From Verrucomicrobiota bacterium (GTDB lineage: Bacteria; Verrucomicrobiota; Verrucomicrobiia; Verrucomicrobiales; DEV007): a stretch of DNA of 64,000 bases. This document shows positions 38,055 through 47,109 of this stretch, piece after piece (the first letter of the stretch is position 1; the number at the start of each line of letters is the position of its first letter). A program made the translations under genes and the position numbers. The DNA lies in contig JASFYY010000049.1 of NCBI GenBank assembly GCA_045046875.1, positions 1 to 64,000 on the forward strand, in the 5' to 3' direction. The notes under the pieces were generated by a model, which saw only the letters and a program-made list of their open reading frames with translations, searched no databases and had not been told where the DNA came from.

Positions 38055-39533
38055 GTGGGAACACTGTCCTACGTGTGGTGGGAATATCTCTCAGATAAGA
38101 TTGCTTTTGGTGCAATCATAGTCATCGTCGCCGAGGTATTGGCGGTGATCAGTATCGCGCATGCCATCATGCGGGTGCGCACGGCGCAGGGTACTTGGGC
38201 ATGGGCCTTTGCTTTGATTGGTCTGCCTATGCTTGCGGTGCCACTTTACTGGATTTTCGGACGGCGGACTTTTAATGGTTACAAACAGGCTTTAAAAAAA
38301 GCAGAGCAGGAGCATAGGGAAATTTTGGAACAAGCCATTGAGGGGGTGAGTGCCCATCGTTCTCCCCTGGTGAGTGAAAAACACGAATATGGAACGGTGC
38401 TGGAAAAACTCAGTCGTTACCGTTTCACCAAAGATAACCAGGTGGACCTTTTGGTGGATGGAGAGGCTACTTTTGGTGCTATTTTTTCAGCAATCGAGGC
38501 AGCTGAAAATTATGTGCTGGTGCAGTTTTTTATTATCAAGGATGATGAACTGGGCAGAGAGTTGAAAGCGCTCTTATTAAGAAAGGCGGCGCAAGGATTG
38601 CGCATTTATGTGCTGTATGATGAGGTGGGTAGTCATAAGCTGAAACACCGACAGTATAAAAAAGAATTGCGTGAGGGAGGCATCCAGGTAACTGAATTTC
38701 AGACCACCCGAGGCAAGAGCAATCGTTTTCAAGTGAACTTTCGTAATCACCGCAAGGTGGTGGTGGTTGATGGCAAAACGGCTTTTGTCGGCGGGCACAA
38801 CGTGGGGAACGAATACATGGGGCGAAGTGAGCGTTTTGGTCGCTGGCGGGACACCCATGTGAGAATCAACGGGCCAGCAGCCCTGGTTTCTCAGTTGGTG
38901 TTTTTATCCGACTGGTACTGGGCGGTGCGCGAGGTGCCGGATTTGAATTGGACGATAGAAAATGATGTACAGCAAGAAGGTGAGGGGATGATGGTATTGC
39001 CTTTGCCGACCGGGCCGATTGACAAAGTTGAAGGGGGGACCCTGTTTTTTCTCAATACGATCAATCGGGCAAAAGAACGACTGTGGATCGCCAGTCCCTA
39101 TTTTGTCCCGGATGAGTCGGTGGGCAACGCTTTGCGCTTGGCGGCGATGCGAGGGGTGGATGTGCGTATCATGATTCCGCAAAAACCGGATCATAAAATG
39201 GTCTATCTGGCTGGCTTCTCTTATCTCGAAGCGATGTCAAAAGCGGGGGTGAAAATGTTTCGTTATGACGATGGTTTTTTGCATCAAAAAGTGATGCTGG
39301 CGGACCATCAATTGGCTTCTGTTGGCACCATGAATATCGATAACCGTTCGCTGCGCTTGAATTTTGAAATCAGTGTGGTGGTGCTTGATGCGGGATTCTG
39401 TAAAGAGGTGGAGAAAATGCTGCAAGAGGATTTTCGTCATTGCCATGCGGTTGATGGATGTGACTACACCTGCCGCAGTCTGCCGTTTCGCGCGGCGGTG
39501 AGAGTGGCGAGGATGTTTGCGCCTGTATTGTGA
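38055..39533 (+). CDS. cls: Cardiolipin synthase
   Basis: Two N-terminal TMs and two HKD motifs (RNHRKVVVVD; LHQKVMLAD). Confidence 0.93.
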   Translation: MGTLSYVWWEYLSDKIAFGAIIVIVAEVLAVISIAHAIMRVRTAQGTWAWAFALIGLPMLAVPLYWIFGRRTFNGYKQALKKAEQEHREILEQAIEGVSAHRSPLVSEKHEYGTVLEKLSRYRFTKDNQVDLLVDGEATFGAIFSAIEAAENYVLVQFFIIKDDELGRELKALLLRKAAQGLRIYVLYDEVGSHKLKHRQYKKELREGGIQVTEFQTTRGKSNRFQVNFRNHRKVVVVDGKTAFVGGHNVGNEYMGRSERFGRWRDTHVRINGPAALVSQLVFLSDWYWAVREVPDLNWTIENDVQQEGEGMMVLPLPTGPIDKVEGGTLFFLNTINRAKERLWIASPYFVPDESVGNALRLAAMRGVDVRIMIPQKPDHKMVYLAGFSYLEAMSKAGVKMFRYDDGFLHQKVMLADHQLASVGTMNIDNRSLRLNFEISVVVLDAGFCKEVEKMLQEDFRHCHAVDGCDYTCRSLPFRAAVRVARMFAPVL

Positions 39534-39652
39534 GGAAGACTGTAGCGGTTTAGAGGATTAGCTTTTTAGGGCATCACGGTTCATTTGCTATAGCTCGACA
39601 TTACGGAGACGTTTGAATAGTTTTTTAGGCCTAGAAAGCTAAATGTTTTCGC

Positions 39653-40378
39653 CTACCAAATGCCTTGTTCGATCAGTTGGCGTTCTGCGGCTTGGCTCCA
39701 ACCGCGGTTGGCGGCGGGACTAGCGGGGCTGGGGTGCAGGACCTTGCCGATTTTGACTGATAGCGATTTTTCTTTGTCGAGGCGCTGCAGGCATTGTTGG
39801 GCAAAACCTCCGATGCCGACTGCCCATTCGGGTTGTAGGATTTTCAAAGCTTGGCGCAGATGTTGGTCGCAGGCGGCAAAAAGAGGGGCTTTTTCTGTGG
39901 CTTTTAATTTATCAGGAGTGACGTTTTTACCGCCTTCTTCCATGAAAACCAGGGGGCAGTAGTTTAGCACAAAGTGTTCCTTAAAGAAGTTTTCTGCGGT
40001 GTCAAAACGTTCCTCCATCAGACCCCAAAGGCGACGACCGCTCACTTCGGAGCGGGTGCAGGCAAAACCGCTGATCGGGCGTTTGGGATTCTCCAGGGTG
40101 GGGCGGTCAACCGGGCTTTCGATTTTCATCCAATCGCGGACGGCGGCGATTTCGCCAAAAGGCACTCCGGTTTGTGCCATGCCGTAAGGGCCGGGATTCA
40201 TGCCGAGGAAAACGACTCGTTTGTGATCATTGGCGTAGCGTTTGATAAATTGTTTGTGGGAACGAAGAGCGTAGTTGAGCGGGTTATAAACATGTGTCAC
40301 CGGCGGGGAGAAAGAAAGCTCATCCACCACGTGTGAAAGTTCACTGGAGGCCTTGAGAAGGGATTGGCTGAGGTTCAT
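39653..40378 (-). CDS. SMUG1-family uracil-DNA glycosylase
   Basis: GMNPGPYGMAQTGVPFG, SEVSGRRLW, LNYCPL, HPSPASP. Confidence 0.93.
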   Translation of the reverse strand: MNLSQSLLKASSELSHVVDELSFSPPVTHVYNPLNYALRSHKQFIKRYANDHKRVVFLGMNPGPYGMAQTGVPFGEIAAVRDWMKIESPVDRPTLENPKRPISGFACTRSEVSGRRLWGLMEERFDTAENFFKEHFVLNYCPLVFMEEGGKNVTPDKLKATEKAPLFAACDQHLRQALKILQPEWAVGIGGFAQQCLQRLDKEKSLSVKIGKVLHPSPASPAANRGWSQAAERQLIEQGIW

Positions 40379-40525
40379 GGGGATTGGCTAAGCCCGCGAC
40401 AGGCTTTCGTCAATTATTTGCTTGGGAGATTTTGTTTGGATGATGAAACCGGGCTACGCGTTTATTGCGATTTCCTTACGCAAAGTCTTGTATAGAGAGG
40501 CATGGCTATGGTAGATTGACAGCAG

Positions 40526-40642
40526 ATGAAAGAAGGAAAAAAATCTCTGTGGGACTACTTTCACCATCGTCACACGCATGTGGGGTTGTTGATTGTTCTG
40601 GTGATTGCTCTGTTATGGTTTTTGTCGAAATTGGCGACTTGA
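40526..40642 (+). CDS. Putative 38-aa single-TM small protein (MKEGKKSLWDYFHHRHTHVGLLIVLVIALLWFLSKLAT)
   Basis: Translated by hand; fills the gap upstream of the usp gene in the same orientation; basic/His-rich N-terminus followed by a clean hydrophobic helix. Confidence 0.55.
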   Translation: MKEGKKSLWDYFHHRHTHVGLLIVLVIALLWFLSKLAT

Positions 40643-40676
40643 TTCGCCTGGTCTCGCAATTGATTGGAAACAGATC

Positions 40677-41513
40677 ATGATTAAACGAATATTGACCCCA
40701 TTGGACGTTTCGCCTTACACCACTGCAGCGGTAGCGCGGGCTTGTGCCTTGGCCGAGTTGGCGGAGGCTGAGATCACCGGGATGGTGGTGCTGGATACTC
40801 CGGGCATAGAAAAAAGTGTGCAATTGCCCTTCAGGGCTGACCTTCGTGATTACTCGGAGGAGGCGATCATTGAATGTGAACTGGAGGCGGCAGCGAAGTT
40901 GCAAGCCGTGGTGAAAGGCTTTGAAAAAACGCTTGAGCGGAGCGGCCTTCGCTCAAGGTTGTCCAAATCCGAGGGGCGTCCCAGTCAGCAGATTCTGGCG
41001 GCTTCCTGTTTCCATGATTTGTTGATCATGGGCTTGCAGAGTTTTTATCATTTTGAAACTAAACGAGGGCCGGGAGATACGCTCGACAAGGTTCTGAAAA
41101 GCGCAGTGATTCCAGTGATGGCAGTTCCAGCGAGAGAGCCAGATTCTATTAAGTCAGCTTTGATTCTTTTTGATGGTTCGCCGGCATCTGCGCGGGCTCT
41201 ACACGTTTTTGCTGAGCTGTGGCCCTATGAACGTCCCGCCGTCCGTTTGTTGGCAGCAGATGTTTCACAGGATTTTGGGGATAATTTATTGAAAGAGGCT
41301 GCGTTGTTTTTGCAAGCCCACGGGGTCGAATCGGTAGAGCAGGTGGTTGAAGGCGGTGGTGTTATCCGCGCGGTGGAGGATCATCATTTGGAATGGTCGG
41401 ATTTGATTGTGTTGGGCGTGCATTCGAGGCATTCGGTGAAAGATCTGATCGTGGGTTCGGTGGCCCGTCATTTGATCGGACACGGACACCGGACTTTACT
41501 TTTTTCCCAGTGA
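40677..41513 (+). CDS. Universal stress protein (tandem Usp domains)
   Basis: MIKRILTPLDVS, DLLIMG, LILFDGSPASARAL, DLIVLG...GSVARHL. Confidence 0.9.
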   Translation: MIKRILTPLDVSPYTTAAVARACALAELAEAEITGMVVLDTPGIEKSVQLPFRADLRDYSEEAIIECELEAAAKLQAVVKGFEKTLERSGLRSRLSKSEGRPSQQILAASCFHDLLIMGLQSFYHFETKRGPGDTLDKVLKSAVIPVMAVPAREPDSIKSALILFDGSPASARALHVFAELWPYERPAVRLLAADVSQDFGDNLLKEAALFLQAHGVESVEQVVEGGGVIRAVEDHHLEWSDLIVLGVHSRHSVKDLIVGSVARHLIGHGHRTLLFSQ

Positions 41514-41523
41514 GCTTGAGATG

Positions 41524-41742
41524 TTAAGCGTTTTTGGAGTGGGAGAAGTGCCAACATAATCCGCTTAACAAACCTGAAAATCCGCTGCCTATGGAGAGGC
41601 TCAATCCGAGCGGTGGGGACAGATTCAAGTATAACAAGAAGCCGATCACTCCACCGCTGATGATGGGCAGGCAGAGTCGCCATGAGAATATAAAATTTCC
41701 AAATTCACCCAGAGCACTGATTAGATCCAATAAGTCGTCCAT
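41524..41742 (-). CDS. Small hypothetical membrane protein (2 TM)
   Basis: 72 aa, two hydrophobic Gly-rich helices; fits the intergenic gap. Confidence 0.55.
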   Translation of the reverse strand: MDDLLDLISALGEFGNFIFSWRLCLPIISGGVIGFLLYLNLSPPLGLSLSIGSGFSGLLSGLCWHFSHSKNA

Positions 41743-41811
41743 GCAGGAAGGTAGGGCAATGGAACCCGGCAGCCGATTATAAAATGCGGTGCATTTTGCA
41801 ATGGCTGAGCA

Positions 41812-42351
41812 TCAGTCTTTTAAAATAGACCAATGCTTTGTTAGTTTTCTTCCGCTTCGCCAGTTTTTCTTAAATATTTTCAAGGCATCAGATTCATTGC
41901 CGGAATGATAGGCTATGACGGTGTGTTTCACTGGGAACCCGCTTCCCCACCAGAAAAATGCAACTTTATGACCGGTTTCTGTATTATTGTAGGACACGGG
42001 AATGTCGTTCCAATAGATGCGATCCTTAGATTTTTCCTCGGGCAAGCCTTTTACAAATTCAGTCAACTCGGGAAGATAATGGTGAAAATACATTTCTCTA
42101 ACTTTGTGGCCGACGAATGGTCCACTGAAAAATGCCAGAATAGGAAGGATCACAGCGATATAGTTTTGCAATTTAAAGAACGCTTTCTGACAAATTATAA
42201 TTGTTAGAACAGCGATAGTGGTGAAGCATGATATGAAAAAAAATCCGATTGATAATAGCTGAAGTAGAGGGGTTTCTCTGAAGGCGAAAAGGGCGAATGC
42301 TAGAAAGGAGCTTGTGGCTACAATATAAGCTATGATGTTAGTTTTTCGCAT
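41812..42351 (-). CDS. Hypothetical membrane protein (3 TM plus soluble domain), AT-rich
   Basis: 179-aa ORF, visibly more AT-rich than its neighbours; no family recognised. Confidence 0.65.
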   Translation of the reverse strand: MRKTNIIAYIVATSSFLAFALFAFRETPLLQLLSIGFFFISCFTTIAVLTIIICQKAFFKLQNYIAVILPILAFFSGPFVGHKVREMYFHHYLPELTEFVKGLPEEKSKDRIYWNDIPVSYNNTETGHKVAFFWWGSGFPVKHTVIAYHSGNESDALKIFKKNWRSGRKLTKHWSILKD

Positions 42352-42481
42352 ACTGTTTGTTAGTGTGCCCTTAATTTACTATACTATTGAGTTTTTGCCA
42401 GATAGGACTGCCCCCCCCCTTCCTCTATGCCTCTAAATTTATTGTTTTATTGTGAATATTCAGGTCTATTTAAAAGAAACT

Positions 42482-42648
42482 AACCGCGGATTGCGCGGAT
42501 GGACGCGGATAAGAAAATAAAAAATAATGCAGATTTAGAAACAACTCCTCACATCCCATTGATTCTTAAGACTTAAAACAAACCAGCTATACAAAGTATC
42601 CCATCCGCGTTAATCCGCGCTATTTGCCTTCGGATAGTATGCTGCGGT
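42482..42648. repeat. Inverted pair of CGGAT repeat triplets flanking an AT-rich spacer of about 90 bp (MITE/REP-like)
   Basis: Left AACCGCGGAT TGCGCGGAT GGACGCGGAT (42482-42510); right ATCCGCGTTA ATCCGCGCT (42603-42621), then ...CTGCGGT (to 42648). Confidence 0.7.
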
Positions 42649-42700
42649 CTATTCTAATTTTTTTTTGAGGCAGTCTGAAGAACACCTGAATGGTTGCGTT

Positions 42701-43924
42701 TTATTTATCCCATCCCACCGGTTGGGTCCAGGCTTGTTTTTTTTGTCCTTGGTAGGAGGGGTTTTGGTGATCTGCGCTGGAGGTGATGGTGATGCGGGCG
42801 TAGAGCACGTTGTCAGGGACAGCAAATGTGATGGACTTTCCTTTTTTGCTGGCGAGGATTTCGCCGATGCCGGTTTTGCCTTTTTCTGCGTTGGCTTGAT
42901 AGTTTTTACGGGTGCCAATCAGTTCAGCGGTGAATGTGCTGTCACTGTCGGCTTGAATTTCCAGAGTGATTTTCCGGGTTTTTTTGTTCCATGAAATCTG
43001 ATTGAGATAGACGCCTGAGCTAGCGTAGAAATCGCCTTTTCTCATTGAGGTGATTAGTGATTTGGGGTCGAGGCGTTTGGCGCGAACCATGACCCAGCCA
43101 CGGCCCGGGGTGTTGGGACCGCCGTGATAGTTGTGGGAGTCATCGGTGGCCACTCCCATCAAGGGAGCTTGTTTGAGTTCGGCGATGCGGATGGTATTGG
43201 CGATGTCCCAGATTTCTTCATCGCCAGGACGGGTGTCATCACCGTGGTGATTGATGCCGGGGTGGCCGTTGTAAACTTCGAAGAATTTTTCCTCAATCAC
43301 ATGCGCCAGATCCTCGGCGGTGATCGACCAACGGAAGTTGGGGTGGTTGAGGTGGGCAAGGATGGGTTCGCCACTGGATTTTTCCTGTTCGGCAACTGCC
43401 TGCAGGTTGTTGCTCATGACTTGGCGAAGAGAGTCACCTTTACGTGGCGTGATCAGTTGCTGGATGTTGACCGCATTGATGTGGACAGCTTTTTTTTCGA
43501 AGCTGGTGGTGATTTCTTCTGCTTTGATGATTAGGAATTCGCCGCGTTTCTCAAGTAGCGAGCGGTATTCGGCTAGTTTTTTGAGTCGCACTTCTTTAAT
43601 GCCATTGTTGTCACGGGTTTCGATCCAATCGGTACCCGCGTAACGTTTGAGGTATTTTTCCATTGCCGAGGGTCCCTGGCCTTTTTGGCGCTTTTTGATG
43701 GTGTCGAGTGACACCCATTTCTCGTTGTCGGCGAGGATATTGTGATCGCTTAAAGCCATGAAGTCGTATCCATTGCGCAGATACCATTCGGTGATCATTT
43801 CCGGGAAGTCGTTGCCGTCACTCCAGAGGGAGTGGGTGTGGGTATTGCCTCGATACCAGGTTTGAGCGTTGGCATTGGAGATGGCAAAGAGAAACAGCAG
43901 AAAGGATAGAAGTGAATTTTTCAT
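42701..43924 (-). CDS. Secreted PHP-domain metallohydrolase (CehA/McbA-like)
   Basis: Signal peptide, RGNTHTHSLWSDG, LSDHN, HLNHPN, EVYNGH, ATDDSH. Confidence 0.82.
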   Translation of the reverse strand: MKNSLLSFLLFLFAISNANAQTWYRGNTHTHSLWSDGNDFPEMITEWYLRNGYDFMALSDHNILADNEKWVSLDTIKKRQKGQGPSAMEKYLKRYAGTDWIETRDNNGIKEVRLKKLAEYRSLLEKRGEFLIIKAEEITTSFEKKAVHINAVNIQQLITPRKGDSLRQVMSNNLQAVAEQEKSSGEPILAHLNHPNFRWSITAEDLAHVIEEKFFEVYNGHPGINHHGDDTRPGDEEIWDIANTIRIAELKQAPLMGVATDDSHNYHGGPNTPGRGWVMVRAKRLDPKSLITSMRKGDFYASSGVYLNQISWNKKTRKITLEIQADSDSTFTAELIGTRKNYQANAEKGKTGIGEILASKKGKSITFAVPDNVLYARITITSSADHQNPSYQGQKKQAWTQPVGWDK

Positions 43925-43946
43925 AAATGGGTGAGTAGGAAGGTCG

Positions 43947-46900
43947 TTATTTATCTGTTTTTTGAGGGGATAGGGCGATGATGGCAAAAGCACGCGAGGG
44001 AAGGGTTATTTTAAATCCCTGTTCGGTGGGGGTGATGGGTGATTTCACGTATTCTGAAGTCAGGGCATTTTGTGAGGCTTGACCCAAATTGATGAGAGCC
44101 GTTTGTTGTTTTTTTGATACGTTACCGACAATGATCAGTTTTTGCTCATTCTGGCAAGTGTAATAACTGATTTTGACGGCACGATTGTCGCTGACCATTT
44201 CTTTTTGTTGATCATGAAAATGCATCTCGGCGTTATCGAGATCGTATTTAAGCGCGATGCCCCACCAACGGTCGATCACAGCACCATCGCAGTAGGCCAT
44301 CGACACAGGAATGTCGTTGAGCAGGAGTTTGGTCAGCATGGCTTCGGTTTGTTCGGTGGTGCCGTAGCTTTTGTCGGCACGGCTTAAATTGGGCAGGAAG
44401 AGGATACCGCTGCCGTGGGCATGCATGTTGAGTTCACTTCGAAAAACGGCATCGGGGATGTCGTCGGAATAGATGTAAGGGCTGTTTTTTCTCAGTAGAG
44501 CAGAGGCGTACTGCTCGCCGGGGTACCAGTAGTCGGCGAAGCTGTGGCATACAGGATTGTAGTAGGAGTGGGCGTGGTAAATGGTGTTGCGTCCTCGGTC
44601 GTGACTGTACTGCATCGTGCGGCGCAGGTGTTGGCGCAGACCGAGAAGTATCATTCGTTGAATGGGACGCTCGAATCGGTCTTTGAACGCGCAGCCGTGA
44701 AGAGCATTCGAGCAGGAGGTGTTGCCTGATAGATCATAATAGATCGCGCTGACTCGTTGTTTGGGGTGATCAAACAGAAGGCGAATGTTGTTGAGGATGT
44801 AATCACTGTAAGCGGTGTGCGGGCAGGTATTGGTTTGCAGGCATTTGATCTCGTGGTGTTTGCGCTTGTCGTGAAAGGGCACAATAGGACCGCCGGGCAG
44901 TTCCCAGTAACGGGCAAAATATTTGCCTTCAGGTTCGTAGTTATTCAAGGCGGTGGCGCCGCCATAGATGGCGAGGTGGTCCATGGTGGCGAGGGGATTG
45001 GGTAGCCATTTTCTCGCAGCGAGCTTGTCCATGTAGTCGCCAAAATCCTTGTCGGGTTTGAAGGTGAATACAGAGGTTAAACCTGCGCCTTGATGGGAGA
45101 CCAGGGCGACATCGAGGTTTTTGTATTTCACGCCGCCGCCACTACCGAGGCGATAGGTGCGTGAGCGTTTGGGCAGGGGGCGAGAAGGAGTGGCAATGAA
45201 GAGAGCATGATAGGGGACGTCGTCCGGGAGTTGAGTGCTGTGGGAAATCATTTCGACTTCACAGTGTCCTTGTTTTGTTTTTGGATCGATGGTGACCCGC
45301 AGGGGGCGATCGGTTTTGTTGTAGATCCAGTTGGCGTCGTGTTCGAGTGTCCAGCAGAAGCCTTTTTTATCCGAGGTCAGCCATAGTTGGGAAACATTGC
45401 GGCGATCATTCAAATTGAGGGGGAAGGTGAATTTTCCATCATCGCTGGTTTTCAGCAGTGGGCTGAGTAGGTATTTAGAATACGGGGGGGCGACATCCCA
45501 GACAAGTTTCATCGATTCGATGAGGGGTTTGCCTTTGACGACAAAATCGTAACGGATCAGGCCATCGAATTCGATTCGGGTTGTGCAATCAAGGGTGAAG
45601 TTTGCTGATTCAGCTGTTCCCTTGATATCAATAAAAGTATTTTTTTTAGTGATCGATTTGCGGGTGTATTTGATGAGGGCTTCACCTGCGGGAGTTCGGA
45701 TGATAAGTTTGGGGCCTGAAACAAGCAACGAGTCTCCGTGGTGGAGGATTTTTTCAGGTAGTGGCGAATTTCCGAAATGGTATTCACGTCCCCACATTTT
45801 GATAATGTTCTTTTTGTCGATGGAAAGAGGGGTCCATGGCGCAGGCACCCGGTCTTCCAAGCCCAGGGTATTGTCGTGCCATTGGGTAGTTGGGCGTTGG
45901 AATTCCCGCTTGAGTTTTTTCTGTTCACCTGCGGAATTGGTGAGCGTGAGTTCGAGGTGATGTTTCCCGGCTTGGGTGATGTTATTGAAAATTCGATGGG
46001 TTTGCAACTTTGTCAGTTTCCAATCACCACTCTGTTGGGAGGAGTCGGGCAGGGTGAGTTGGTAGTTGAGTTTGAGTTTTTTTTGTTCGAGCTCTTTGCG
46101 CCAGTTTTGTGGTAAGGATGCGAAGTCCAGGGAAACATCGAGGCGATCAAGCGGGCCTTGAGCGTCGTCCACCCCGTCGATGCTCAGATCAAAAGGAGGC
46201 AGCTCCACGGTGGTTATAGAATCAACCAGAGCATGGTATTGACGTTTGATTTCCAGTGCGGTGAGTGGGCGCCGATAAATAGCCATGTCATCGATAGCTG
46301 TTTTGCCTGATTCCTCAGCTCCTGTCCACATCATTTGGCGGATGCCTAACCAGGAGCGTTTGGCTTCAGGAATGAGCTCTTGGGTTTCGGCGACCACTGC
46401 GGGTAAAGGCACTGTCGATTGGATTTCACCATTGAGATATACTTTTATTTTTTTCTCATCCCAAGTGGCGGCCAGTTGAAACCATTGCCCGGCTTTGATT
46501 CCGGTGAGTGGCGCCGAAGCAATGGTAAGGACGCCCTTCTCCGTCTCGGAACTTTGCCAGTAAAAATTCGCAGTGGGACTGGTGAAATATTGATAGAAAA
46601 AAAGGGTCACCCATTTTTTGCCCTGATAGAATCGGGCGAAAACATAGGGTTTGTGTGTCTTGATTGGATCACTGACACTGACCGCTTCTGGGTCATAGTC
46701 CTGGGCCATAACCCAGAAAGTCATCGTGCCTTGACGGTGGTCTATATTGCCGTCAACCGGGTAGTGGAGCTTTTCTTCATCATTTCTGCTGAAGGCATTT
46801 TGTCCGTCAAAGCCGGGAACGATGCGGAACTCCAAATTGCCGTCTCCAAAGGTGGAGCTGTCCGGATTGCCAAGAGCCCGGTCAGCCGCGACGGATTTCC

Positions 46901-47072
46901 CATCAAATGTGAGCAAAAAAGAAAGGTCGGGGTGCTTTGCTTTTTCCGCAGTCGGGATCTGTTTATAAAGTGTCTGTTGGTCCTGTGCGTAAGATTCTGC
47001 AAGGGGAGTCGTAAGCAGCAGTAGCAGCGTAAAATAATAAAGTTGCTGAAAAAGTCGAATGGGCGGTGCCAT
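43947..47072 (-). CDS. Secreted LamG-domain protein with a putative glycoside-hydrolase TIM barrel (DUF6067-like)
   Basis: Signal peptide; LamG (QGTMTFWV, WFQLAATWD, IDDMAIYRRPLT); VPAPWTPL, RIEFDG, ATPSRP, IYYD, C..ALHGC. Confidence 0.6.
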   Translation of the reverse strand: MAPPIRLFQQLYYFTLLLLLTTPLAESYAQDQQTLYKQIPTAEKAKHPDLSFLLTFDGKSVAADRALGNPDSSTFGDGNLEFRIVPGFDGQNAFSRNDEEKLHYPVDGNIDHRQGTMTFWVMAQDYDPEAVSVSDPIKTHKPYVFARFYQGKKWVTLFFYQYFTSPTANFYWQSSETEKGVLTIASAPLTGIKAGQWFQLAATWDEKKIKVYLNGEIQSTVPLPAVVAETQELIPEAKRSWLGIRQMMWTGAEESGKTAIDDMAIYRRPLTALEIKRQYHALVDSITTVELPPFDLSIDGVDDAQGPLDRLDVSLDFASLPQNWRKELEQKKLKLNYQLTLPDSSQQSGDWKLTKLQTHRIFNNITQAGKHHLELTLTNSAGEQKKLKREFQRPTTQWHDNTLGLEDRVPAPWTPLSIDKKNIIKMWGREYHFGNSPLPEKILHHGDSLLVSGPKLIIRTPAGEALIKYTRKSITKKNTFIDIKGTAESANFTLDCTTRIEFDGLIRYDFVVKGKPLIESMKLVWDVAPPYSKYLLSPLLKTSDDGKFTFPLNLNDRRNVSQLWLTSDKKGFCWTLEHDANWIYNKTDRPLRVTIDPKTKQGHCEVEMISHSTQLPDDVPYHALFIATPSRPLPKRSRTYRLGSGGGVKYKNLDVALVSHQGAGLTSVFTFKPDKDFGDYMDKLAARKWLPNPLATMDHLAIYGGATALNNYEPEGKYFARYWELPGGPIVPFHDKRKHHEIKCLQTNTCPHTAYSDYILNNIRLLFDHPKQRVSAIYYDLSGNTSCSNALHGCAFKDRFERPIQRMILLGLRQHLRRTMQYSHDRGRNTIYHAHSYYNPVCHSFADYWYPGEQYASALLRKNSPYIYSDDIPDAVFRSELNMHAHGSGILFLPNLSRADKSYGTTEQTEAMLTKLLLNDIPVSMAYCDGAVIDRWWGIALKYDLDNAEMHFHDQQKEMVSDNRAVKISYYTCQNEQKLIIVGNVSKKQQTALINLGQASQNALTSEYVKSPITPTEQGFKITLPSRAFAIIALSPQKTDK

Positions 47073-47109
47073 GTCAAAATGGGGTCAGGCAACAAATCTT
47101 GACAAACTG

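Noticed and set aside
39558..39642. Imperfect inverted repeats TTAGCTTTTTAGG / CCTAGAAAGCTAA between convergent cls and SMUG1 genes
   Set aside because: Most simply a terminator-like structure; too weak to call as a feature or mobile element.
41514..42480. Integron-like cassette array of small orphan genes
   Set aside because: No convincing attC (RYYYAAC...GTTRRRY) structure and no integrase seen.
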